The notes beneath the pieces were generated by a model that did not search any database, was not told the DNA's origin, and was given only the letters and a program-made list of their open reading frames with translations. 64,000 nucleotides of DNA from Longimicrobiales bacterium (GTDB taxonomy: Bacteria; Gemmatimonadota; Gemmatimonadetes; Longimicrobiales; Gaopeijiaceae): contig CBDDCX010000008.1 of assembly GCA_965226375.1 (NCBI GenBank), positions 704,001-768,000 on the forward strand, in the 5' to 3' direction. Shown piece after piece: positions 24,741 to 36,185 of the stretch (the first letter of the stretch is position 1; each line of letters begins with the position of its first letter). The translations under genes were made by a program, and so were the position numbers.

Positions 24741-24836
24741 CGGGGAGAGGCTCGTCGCCTTCCGCTCCGCGCGGACGCTACGCTCTGCGGCGTTGCCGCA
24801 GACCCGCGCTTCGGGAAGGCGACGAGCCTCTCCCCG
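24741..24836 (+). repeat. Palindromic element after rpoC: 23-bp perfect inverted repeat with inner hairpin
   Basis: CGGGGAGAGGCTCGTCGCCTTCC (24741-24763) and its reverse complement (24814-24836); inner CTGCGGC-GTT-GCCGCAG. Confidence 0.85.
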
Positions 24837-24931
24837 GTTGACGGCTTGGGGGCGTCGGGCACCTCTACCGAGGTAGTACCGGCGCTCTCTCGGATCTTCC
24901 ACGTTGGCTTTTAGCGGGGGCGTATAGGTCC

Positions 24932-26134
24932 ATGAAGGGGGTCGATCCTGCGATCGATTTTGTTACCGAAGTTCTGGCGGGGCGTGCGCCGTTTGAACTT
25001 GGACCTGCCGGGCCTGATCGGGATCGGACTCTGGAGCTTCTGGCGTTTCATCGCTTGATCGGGCTCTGGTATGCGGAGGCCCGAGGGTCGGCATCCGATG
25101 AGGCCGGATCGTCTGAGCCTGGGGGCGAGGTGGACTCGGAGTGCCGGGCTCGCCTCAAGGACCAGTACCTTCGGACGGGACTCCACTCCACGCTCGTCCT
25201 CGAGTCTGCTCAACGGGCGGGTGCGGCTCTTTCCCGTGAGGGCATCCGCTCCATCGTGTTCAAGGGTGCGGCGCTCCTGCAGAATGGCACCTACGGGCAG
25301 CCGGCGGCGCGCAGCCTGGACGACACCGACCTGCTGATCCCCGAGGCTGCGGCAGGTGCTGCGGTTCGGGCTTTGCAAGCTGTGGGGTTCGAACCTTGGG
25401 TCGAGTGGGATGAAAACCGTATTGGGTGGCTGCCCGCTTTCACGTTCTCCGACGGTCAGGCGCCGAATGGCATGTCGATCAGCCTCGACCTGCACTGGCG
25501 CACCCCCTACACGTCGTTCCGCAGTGGCTCGGATGAGGAACCCGGGACTTTGTGGGAGGGGGCCGACCTCGAGGCGGGGCTGCCGGCCGAGGAGCCGCAC
25601 TTTCTGCTCCTGGTCGAGCACTTTTTGAAGCACCTGCGTGTCGTGGCGCATGTGAGGGCGCTGGGCGATCTGGTCCGGTCGCTGGATCGTATATCGAAGC
25701 CCGAGCTCCTGGCCGGTCTAGCCGATCGGCGTGGGAGCCTGCGTGGGTTGCGGGTCATGCTGGCCTTTCTCAGGGACGGGTTGCGGGTGCGTGTACCGGG
25801 GGAGGTTCTTTCCGCCGCTGGCGTGCCCGGGAAGATGCCTCGAGCGGCTTCGAAGTTGCTGGATCGATCGCGCCTCTTCGGCACGGAGCCGCCCGTGTCG
25901 GGCGGCCGAATCCACGGGCTGTGGCTCCAGTGGGCCTTCGCAGGATCGCCCTCGGTGATGGTACGTGATGCCTACGACGTGGTGTTGCCCCCCGCGTCCT
26001 GGCTGCGACATCGCTATCCGGAGGTCTCGACCGCATGGAGCCGCCGGCGCCTTCACCATATCAAGACCGTCGCGACCTGGCTGATGGGTCGGGGCGTGTC
26101 GCCCCTTTCTCCGAATCAGGAGTTCGAGGAGTGA
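24932..26134 (+). CDS. Nucleotidyltransferase family protein (NTP_transf_5-like)
   Basis: GIRSIVFKGAALL..TYGQPAARSLDDTDLLI (KG...R..DxDLL) and SLDLHW motifs. Confidence 0.85.
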   Translation: MKGVDPAIDFVTEVLAGRAPFELGPAGPDRDRTLELLAFHRLIGLWYAEARGSASDEAGSSEPGGEVDSECRARLKDQYLRTGLHSTLVLESAQRAGAALSREGIRSIVFKGAALLQNGTYGQPAARSLDDTDLLIPEAAAGAAVRALQAVGFEPWVEWDENRIGWLPAFTFSDGQAPNGMSISLDLHWRTPYTSFRSGSDEEPGTLWEGADLEAGLPAEEPHFLLLVEHFLKHLRVVAHVRALGDLVRSLDRISKPELLAGLADRRGSLRGLRVMLAFLRDGLRVRVPGEVLSAAGVPGKMPRAASKLLDRSRLFGTEPPVSGGRIHGLWLQWAFAGSPSVMVRDAYDVVLPPASWLRHRYPEVSTAWSRRRLHHIKTVATWLMGRGVSPLSPNQEFEE

Positions 26135-27015
26135 GGGTTCGCTTCTCGTTCGAGGGTGCCGAGACCGAGGTCGTTGTCTCGGATCCCGCGCTCGCTCCCT
26201 CAGTGGCGATGCTGTTCCCGGATGGTCGGGTAGAAGAGTTGGTGGAGTCTGGGCTCGGAGCCACGGTCATGCGTGTGACTGCGGGGCCCGCCGGGTACGA
26301 TTTTTTGTCCCACCAGGGTCGTTCGACGTTCGACTCCGTTCCCGATCTCCTCGCGGCAGTGGAGTTCGCTGTTGTGATGGACCTGCTTGCAAAAGATGGT
26401 CGGGGCACTCATCTGCATGCCGCCGCCGCCGTGACCCCGTACGGTGCCATGTTGGTCTCCGGTCCTTCCGGGGCGGGCAAGTCCAGTTTGGCGTTGGCAT
26501 GGTCCTTGGCGGGTTATCCCCTTCTTGGCGACGACGTGGTTCGCTTGGACGAGAATGGCCTCCTCGGGCCCTTCCCAAGGTTGCTCAAGGTCCGCCCAGA
26601 CCTCGTGACGGAACACGGGCTCGCGCTGGCGGCCACGCCGGCGTGGGACCCGGGGAGCGATGAGGCGTGGTTCGACCCGACGACCGCGGGGGGTTGGGCG
26701 TCCGCCGGTTGTCGCGCAGCGCTGGTCGCCCGCATAGAGTATGGTGCCGGAGATAGAGTGCACATCCGAGAGGAAGAGACAGGTGAGGGGCTACGCCTCC
26801 TTCTGGATGCCGTACAGACCACGGGCTTACGCAGGGAGCAGAGTATGGACCGCATCATCGCTCTGTTGGAGGGTGCACGGGTCTTCGCCGTCCGCTTCGG
26901 ATCGTCTTACGAGGCGGCCCGTGAACTGGCCGAGATGGTCGGGGGGGGTGGGTTGGCCGGGGAGGATGTGGTTCCGCCGGTTCGGGATGATCCCGCGTCT
27001 GGAATCGAACCGTGA
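26131..27015 (+). CDS. HPr kinase-like P-loop kinase
   Basis: GTG overlaps the upstream TGA; HLHAAA, Walker A GPSGAGKS and YPLLGDDVV HprK signature. Confidence 0.85.
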   Translation: MRVRFSFEGAETEVVVSDPALAPSVAMLFPDGRVEELVESGLGATVMRVTAGPAGYDFLSHQGRSTFDSVPDLLAAVEFAVVMDLLAKDGRGTHLHAAAAVTPYGAMLVSGPSGAGKSSLALAWSLAGYPLLGDDVVRLDENGLLGPFPRLLKVRPDLVTEHGLALAATPAWDPGSDEAWFDPTTAGGWASAGCRAALVARIEYGAGDRVHIREEETGEGLRLLLDAVQTTGLRREQSMDRIIALLEGARVFAVRFGSSYEAARELAEMVGGGGLAGEDVVPPVRDDPASGIEP

Positions 27016-27302
27016 CGGAGTCCGCCGTCCCCCTCGAGGCCGATCACCCCAGAGCGAGGGAAGACGCTGTCTTCCGATCGCTCGGGAGGGAGTGGGTCAT
27101 CTACGATCCCCGTACCCGGCTCCTGCATGTGCTCAATACGACAGCTGCTCTGGTATGGTCTTTCTGCGACGGCACGAGGTCCCCGGAAGAGATTGCCCAT
27201 GAGCTGACCGGCGTGCTGACCGACCTCCCCTCCGAGAATCTCGTGGTCGACCAAGTGCGCGAAGCGCTCAACGGGTTCCGCGAGCAGGGGTTGCTCGTTT
27301 GA
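27012..27302 (+). CDS. Stand-alone PqqD family protein / RiPP recognition element
   Basis: 96 aa; EWVIYDP...HVLNTTAALVWSFCDGTRSPEEIA...FREQGLL pattern. Confidence 0.9.
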   Translation: MTESAVPLEADHPRAREDAVFRSLGREWVIYDPRTRLLHVLNTTAALVWSFCDGTRSPEEIAHELTGVLTDLPSENLVVDQVREALNGFREQGLLV

Positions 27303-28255
27303 GCGTGCTCTACTACGCGGGCCTGCTGGGTTACTCGAATCGTATCGATGCGTTTCAGGGGGCGATCCAGGAGGGCGTGCGCCCCGGTGACCGGGTTCTC
27401 GATGTCAGGACCGGGCTCGGGACTTTCGCCTTTTTCGCCGCTCGGTCCGGGGCGCGCTCCGTGGCCGCCGTCGATTCGAGCCCCGTCGTTCACCTGGCGG
27501 AGGCCCTCGCTGCCGCCAACGGCCTGGCCGACCAAATGGAGTTCGTAAGGGGATCATTGCCCCAGGTCTCCCTCGAGGGCGAGTTCGACGTCATCATCTT
27601 CGAGGACTTTCCGACTCCGTTTCTCGATCGGCCCACCTTCGCACTGCTCGAGACCCTTCAGGAGGAGCATCTCTCCCACGGTGGACGGATGATCCCCCGC
27701 TCCGCCCGCATGCACCTGGCTCCCGTTCAGTCACGGTCCGTCCACGACGCGACCTTTCCGCTGGACGAGTTGGACCTCGATCGTTTCGACCTCGACTGGA
27801 GTGGCGTTCGACCGTTCCTGGCCAACACACCTCGGCGCGTAGACCTGAGACCCGAAGACATTCAGGGTGAGGCGGTGTGCGGAGCTCCGATGCCTTTGGA
27901 CCCCGTACCGATGGCGGCGGCGCTTCGAGTAGAGGGAAGCTGGAGCGCGGGGGAGCCGGGAGTCGTACATGGGCTGGCGCTGTGGTTCGATCTCGAGGTC
28001 CACGAAGGGGGTTGGATCTCCAATGCGCCAAAGGCGGAGCCGGAGCCCTGGGGGCAGTGGCTTCTGCCTGTCGATCCGCTGCTCGAGGTCGCCGCCGGCC
28101 AGACGCTTTATGCGTCGGTCTGGCGCGAGGCTCTGGAGGATGGCGGTCCCGGGTGGTTGGCATGGGAGTGCCGCGTGGAAGATGACATTCGAACGGGGCA
28201 CGAATTTGCGGGTAGGTTGGCAGGACCGGAGGATCTGGCGGGCTCCGGATCGTGA
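27299..28255 (+). CDS. PRMT-fold (protein arginine methyltransferase-like) SAM-dependent methyltransferase
   Basis: R.DAFQGAI helix; motif I VLDVRTGLG, VAAVD, FDVIIFE and GRMIP; beta-barrel HGLALWFD...ISNAP...PWGQ. Confidence 0.8.
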   Translation: MSVLYYAGLLGYSNRIDAFQGAIQEGVRPGDRVLDVRTGLGTFAFFAARSGARSVAAVDSSPVVHLAEALAAANGLADQMEFVRGSLPQVSLEGEFDVIIFEDFPTPFLDRPTFALLETLQEEHLSHGGRMIPRSARMHLAPVQSRSVHDATFPLDELDLDRFDLDWSGVRPFLANTPRRVDLRPEDIQGEAVCGAPMPLDPVPMAAALRVEGSWSAGEPGVVHGLALWFDLEVHEGGWISNAPKAEPEPWGQWLLPVDPLLEVAAGQTLYASVWREALEDGGPGWLAWECRVEDDIRTGHEFAGRLAGPEDLAGSGS

Positions 28256-28316
28256 GTTCGGCAGTCCGGCTGGATTTGCGATACCAAAGGCGCTGTCGAC
28301 TACGAAGTCACAGGAG

Positions 28317-28344
28317 TTGACATTCCATCGAGCGTTCGTAGACC
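28317..28344 (+). promoter_or_regulatory. Possible sigma70 promoter for the small peptide gene
   Basis: Perfect TTGACA at 28317; TAGACC 16 nt downstream. Confidence 0.35.
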
Positions 28345-28417
28345 TTTGTAGAGTAGGTGTGTCTGTGTTGGCCAATCACTCATTGGTGCACGCTTGAACC
28401 CCGCAAGGAGAGAGGCC

Positions 28418-28645
28418 GTGGAAGACAGACGCAATTTCTTGCTCAAAGTGGCCACGGGCGTTGCTTACTCTGCGCCGGTGATCCGGACGCTCGCATCGCC
28501 GCCCGCCCTCCTCGCCCAGGGGGGTGAGAGTGAAACGACCCAGAAAGGGGGCCAGGGCATGGAGATGGGCATGCTGGTCATTCAGAGCCCGGAGCCGCCG
28601 ACGACGACCAGTACCGCTCCCTGGGCCAAGAAGCCCGGAGGGTGA
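28418..28645 (+). CDS. Putative RiPP precursor peptide with twin-arginine leader (75 aa)
   Basis: AGGAGAGAGG RBS then GTG; MEDRRNFLLKVATGVAYSAPVIRTLASPPALLA-QGGESETTQKGG...PTTTSTAPWAKKPGG; directly after the RRE/kinase/NTase/MTase genes. Confidence 0.7.
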   Translation: MEDRRNFLLKVATGVAYSAPVIRTLASPPALLAQGGESETTQKGGQGMEMGMLVIQSPEPPTTTSTAPWAKKPGG

Positions 28646-28802
28646 GACCCCACGAACGCCGTTCTGGAGCCCACGGGTAACAGCCCCTTCGCCGGCTCGC
28701 CCACAGGCTTCAGCCACCCTCCCTTCTTCTCCCGAACACCTGCAGCCCGCCCTACCCCATAAACCCTCCGGCTGAAGCGGGTTTTCAGGGTGCCCGACCC
28801 CG

Positions 28803-28831
28803 TTGACACCCCCTAGGGCCTCTTTTAACTT
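28803..28831 (+). promoter_or_regulatory. sigma70 promoter of the str operon
   Basis: TTGACA-N17-TAACTT upstream of rpsL. Confidence 0.6.
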
Positions 28832-28896
28832 TCCAAGTCTTTCCCGGAGATGCGCCGAAGCGTCGGTGACTCCGGCTCCGAAACCGCGCTAGAACC

Positions 28897-28935
28897 CGCG
28901 CCTTGAGGGTGCGTCATGAGGCGCGTTTTTTTTTT
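28897..28935 (+). terminator. Terminator-like hairpin with T10 tract in the rpsL leader
   Basis: CGCGCCT...AGGCGCG followed by TTTTTTTTTT. Confidence 0.55.
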
Positions 28936-28957
28936 GACGACATGAACCTGGGCTGAC

Positions 28958-29329
28958 ATGCCTACGATCAACCAACTCGTTCGCAAGGGACGTCGCGAGC
29001 TTCAGAAGAAGAACAAGTCCCCTGCATTGCAGAAGAACCCTCAGAAGAGAGGGGTCTGCACCCGTGTGTATACCACCACTCCCAAGAAGCCGAATTCGGC
29101 TCTTCGGAAGGTGGCCAGGGTGCGGCTGACCAACGGGTATGAAGTGACGTCATACATCGGGGGCGAAGGACACAACCTCCAGGAGCACTCGATCGTGCTC
29201 ATTCGAGGTGGCCGGGTGAAGGACTTGCCTGGCGTGCGATACCATGTCGTCCGGGGAACCCTGGACGCATCCGGTGTCAGCGATCGGCGCCAGGGTCGGT
29301 CCAAGTACGGCGCCAAGAGACCTAAGTAG
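28958..29329 (+). CDS. rpsL: 30S ribosomal protein S12
   Basis: [11 protein letters not shown] and [10 protein letters not shown]. Confidence 0.99.
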   Translation: MPTINQLVRKGRRELQKKNKSPALQKNPQKRGVCTRVYTTTPKKPNSALRKVARVRLTNGYEVTSYIGGEGHNLQEHSIVLIRGGRVKDLPGVRYHVVRGTLDASGVSDRRQGRSKYGAKRPK

Positions 29330-29339
29330 CGGATAGAGA

Positions 29340-29810
29340 ATGAGTCGTCGTTCAAGGGCAGTCCGCCGGGAGCTCATCCCGGATCCGAGGTACAATTCGA
29401 CCGAGGTGACCAAGTTCATCAACAACCTCATGGTCGCCGGGAAGAAGTCCCTGGCTGAGAAGATATTCTACGGAGCTCTGGAGATCTGCGAGGAGCGTTC
29501 GGGCCAACCCGCCCTGAACATCTTCACGCAGGCGCTCACCAACGCCAAGCCTGCTCTCGAGGTCAAGAGCCGGCGCGTCGGTGGCGCCACGTACCAGGTG
29601 CCCATCGAGGTTCGGCCCGAGCGCCGGACTGCACTTGCGAGCCGTTGGCTCATCAGCTTTTCCCGCAGTCGTGGGGAGAAGACGATGGCCGAGCGACTCG
29701 CGTACGAGTTCCTGGCTGCGAGCCGGGGTGAGGGCGCAACTATCAAGAAAAAGGACGACACGCATCGGATGGCGGAGGCGAACAAGGCGTTCGCCCACTA
29801 TCGCTGGTAG
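29340..29810 (+). CDS. rpsG: 30S ribosomal protein S7
   Basis: [11 protein letters not shown] and [13 protein letters not shown]. Confidence 0.99.
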   Translation: MSRRSRAVRRELIPDPRYNSTEVTKFINNLMVAGKKSLAEKIFYGALEICEERSGQPALNIFTQALTNAKPALEVKSRRVGGATYQVPIEVRPERRTALASRWLISFSRSRGEKTMAERLAYEFLAASRGEGATIKKKDDTHRMAEANKAFAHYRW

Positions 29811-30097
29811 TCAAAATCCGCTTGAGCGCCGGTTGCCGCTGAACAAGGCCCGGTAGTAAAGCTCAACCCTGTTGTCTCGCGCATGGAGCGTCGAGGCACG
29901 AAGCGCGGAGGCTGCCGGTGCAAGGCTACGGCAGCCAAAAGGAAGGGCGCGCTTCTGCTTCGAATGGCCTGTGCGCGTTTTTGCGCCGACAGGCTGTGGT
30001 TCAAGGGTGTGGTCCAGGAAGGTCCACGAAGGACGGTTGGACAGCACGACGAACGGTTGGATAGACGGAATACAGTTCGACAGACGGAATAGAGAAG

Positions 30098-32197
<2,100 letters not shown>

Positions 32198-32235
32198 CCG
32201 ATCACCGGAACAGGCGTAGGACGCCTTCGAGGATA

Positions 32236-33831
<1,596 letters not shown>

Positions 33832-33836
<5 letters not shown>

Positions 33837-34140
33837 GGACAGGATCAGAATCAGGCTGAAGGCCTTCGACCACTGGGTCGTGGATCAGACGGCGGCGGAT
33901 ATCGTGCGGACGGCGCAGAAGACCGGTGCTACCGTGCGGGGTCCTATTCCGTTGCCCACGCGGCGGGAGCGTTGGACGGTTCTACGCTCGCCGCACATCG
34001 ACAAGAAGAGCCGTGAGCAGTTCGAGCTCCGGACGCACAAGCGGCTCATCGACATCGTTGACAGCCGCCCTCAGACGGTCGACGCGCTGACGAAGCTCGA
34101 TCTGCCTGCTGGCGTAGACGTCGAAATCAAGGTCGACTAG
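33832..34140 (+). CDS. rpsJ: 30S ribosomal protein S10
   Basis: [17 protein letters not shown] and SREQFE. Confidence 0.99.
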
Positions 34141-34142
34141 AA

Positions 34143-34760
34143 ATGCCCGGATTGATTGGAAAGAAGATCGGGATGACCCGGATCTTCGACAAAGACGGAA
34201 CGGCGCAGTCCGTGACGGTCGTGGAGGCGGGGCCTTGCCCGGTGCTCCAGCTCAAGAGCGAAGAGACCGATGGGTACACGGCCGTCCAGTTGGGCTTTGG
34301 GGCCCAGAAGGACAAGCGCGGCAGCATGGCTGAAAAGGGCCACGCGGCCAAGGCCGGAGTCGACGTGGCTCCCCGCCTGGTTCGTGAGTTCCCGGTGGAC
34401 GAGGGGGCTGAGCTGGAGCTCGGACAGTCCATCACGGTCGAGGTCTTCGAGGCGGGGGACTCGGTCAAGGTGACCGGTACCTCCAAGGGGAAGGGATTCC
34501 AGGGTGTGGTAAAGCGCTGGGGTTTCGCGGGGCGGCCGGCTTCGCACGGTCACTCCGAGTCGAGGACGCCGGGTTCCATGGGACCCGGAACGGATCCGTC
34601 GAGGGTGATCAAGGGCAAGAAGCTGCCGGGGCGCATGGGTGGCCGAAGGGTTACCCTGGGCAACCAAAAAATCGTGAGAGTGGACGCCGAGCGTAACCTT
34701 CTCTTTATCAAGGGCGGGGTTCCGGGGTCCAGAAACAGCTATCTGTTGATACAGACGTGA
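34143..34760 (+). CDS. rplC: 50S ribosomal protein L3
   Basis: GKKIGMT and KGKGFQGVVKR. Confidence 0.98.
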   Translation: MPGLIGKKIGMTRIFDKDGTAQSVTVVEAGPCPVLQLKSEETDGYTAVQLGFGAQKDKRGSMAEKGHAAKAGVDVAPRLVREFPVDEGAELELGQSITVEVFEAGDSVKVTGTSKGKGFQGVVKRWGFAGRPASHGHSESRTPGSMGPGTDPSRVIKGKKLPGRMGGRRVTLGNQKIVRVDAERNLLFIKGGVPGSRNSYLLIQT

Positions 34761-34763
34761 CGC

Positions 34764-35876
34764 ATGCTTAAAGCACGCTACTACCAGACTGATGGAGCCC
34801 AGGGGAGTGAGCAGAACCTTCCCGAGTGGCTCTTCGATGGGGTCGTCAACGAAGACGTTCTCCACCAGGTGATCAAGGCCTATCTGTCGAACCAAAGACA
34901 GGGGACGGCCTCGGCCAAGTCCCGTGGACAGGTGAAGGGTGGTTCGGCCAAACCCTGGAAGCAGAAGGGGACTGGACGCGCCCGTTCAGGAACGATCCGG
35001 GCCGCTCAGTGGGCAGGTGGTGGTGTCGCCTTCCCGCCGATCCCCCACTCGTGGCGCCAACGGGTTCCGAAAAAGGTACGGGCCCTTGCCCGGCGCTCCG
35101 CGTTCAACACGCGGGCCCAGGGTGAGCGGGTGGTCCTGGTGGACGCCATCGAGTTCGAGGCTCCCAAGACCAAGCAGCTCTTGACCTTCCTATCGGCCAT
35201 CGGTGCAGAGGGCAAGACCCTGGTACTGACCGACGGGGCCAAGGACAACGTCCACCTTTCGGCCCGCAACCTGCCGCACGTCGAGACACGTCCCTTCGGC
35301 CAGGAATCTGCCTACGACATTCTGTGGGCCAACGTGGTCGTCATCGAGAAGACCGCTCTGGACGCGGCCGAACCGTCTGAGGCGGACCGCGACGCGACAA
35401 CGACCAGGGACCGTGGTGAGCCAGAGGTGCGGGGTCGTGAACGTGAGGCGGCCGAGGCCCAGGCCGAGCGCCGGAAGGCTCGCAGGGGCCACACGAAGTC
35501 GGCCAAGCCGGCGGCTCCCAAGGCCAAGCCCGCAGTCGAAGAGTCGAAGCCCAAGGCCGAAGCGAAAGCCGAAAAGCCCGCGAAGAAGCCGGAACCCGAG
35601 GCGACTGCTGAAGCACCCGCCGAGGCCGCACCCGCCGAGGCAACACCGGCTCCCGAGACCGAGGCGCCCGCCGCAGAGGGAGGCATCGACATCGCCTCTG
35701 TGAAGCCGCCCAAGGTCGGAGAACTGGCCGAGTTCCTCGCGCAGTTCGACTCGGCCGACGACGTGAACGCTCTCAAGGCCAACGACAGCCGCAAGACGGC
35801 CCAGGCCCACTACGACGCGCGCTTGCTCGAGCTTTCGGGTGGTGGCGACGCACAGGAGGAGGGCGACGATGCGTGA
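34764..35876 (+). CDS. rplD: 50S ribosomal protein L4 with ~165-aa C-terminal extension
   Basis: KPWKQKGTGRARSG core; Ala/Glu/Lys/Pro linker and a small helical tail. Confidence 0.95.
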   Translation: MLKARYYQTDGAQGSEQNLPEWLFDGVVNEDVLHQVIKAYLSNQRQGTASAKSRGQVKGGSAKPWKQKGTGRARSGTIRAAQWAGGGVAFPPIPHSWRQRVPKKVRALARRSAFNTRAQGERVVLVDAIEFEAPKTKQLLTFLSAIGAEGKTLVLTDGAKDNVHLSARNLPHVETRPFGQESAYDILWANVVVIEKTALDAAEPSEADRDATTTRDRGEPEVRGREREAAEAQAERRKARRGHTKSAKPAAPKAKPAVEESKPKAEAKAEKPAKKPEPEATAEAPAEAAPAEATPAPETEAPAAEGGIDIASVKPPKVGELAEFLAQFDSADDVNALKANDSRKTAQAHYDARLLELSGGGDAQEEGDDA

Positions 35877-36180
35877 TGTCTACGACGTGATCTACTCGCC
35901 GGTCATCTCCGAGAAATCCGCGCAGGCCATCGATGAAGAAAACGTGTACACCTTCATCGTGAACAGGACCGCGAACAAGATCGAGATCGCCCGGGCTGTC
36001 GAGAAGCTCTGGGACGTGAAGGTCGATCACGTTCGCACCATGAGATACGCCGGGAAGGCCAAGCGGGCCATGATGGGCCGCATGTCCCGGAATCCGGCTT
36101 ACGGACGGCGCCCCGCCTTCAAGAAGGCGGTGGTTCAGCTTGCCGAAGGCGACCACATCGAGTTCTACGAGGTCGGATAA
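35869..36180 (+). CDS. rplW: 50S ribosomal protein L23
   Basis: [18 protein letters not shown] and FKKAVV. Confidence 0.97.
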   Translation: MRDVYDVIYSPVISEKSAQAIDEENVYTFIVNRTANKIEIARAVEKLWDVKVDHVRTMRYAGKAKRAMMGRMSRNPAYGRRPAFKKAVVQLAEGDHIEFYEVG

Positions 36181-36185
36181 CGCCG

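Noticed and set aside
27012..27302. PQQ biosynthesis
   Set aside because: No pqqA/B/C/E in the window, and the peptide lacks the ExxxY motif.
24932..28645. Canonical lasso peptide cluster
   Set aside because: There is no lasso cyclase or transglutaminase-like B2. The peptide has no Thr(-2) site followed by Asp/Glu at core positions 7-9.
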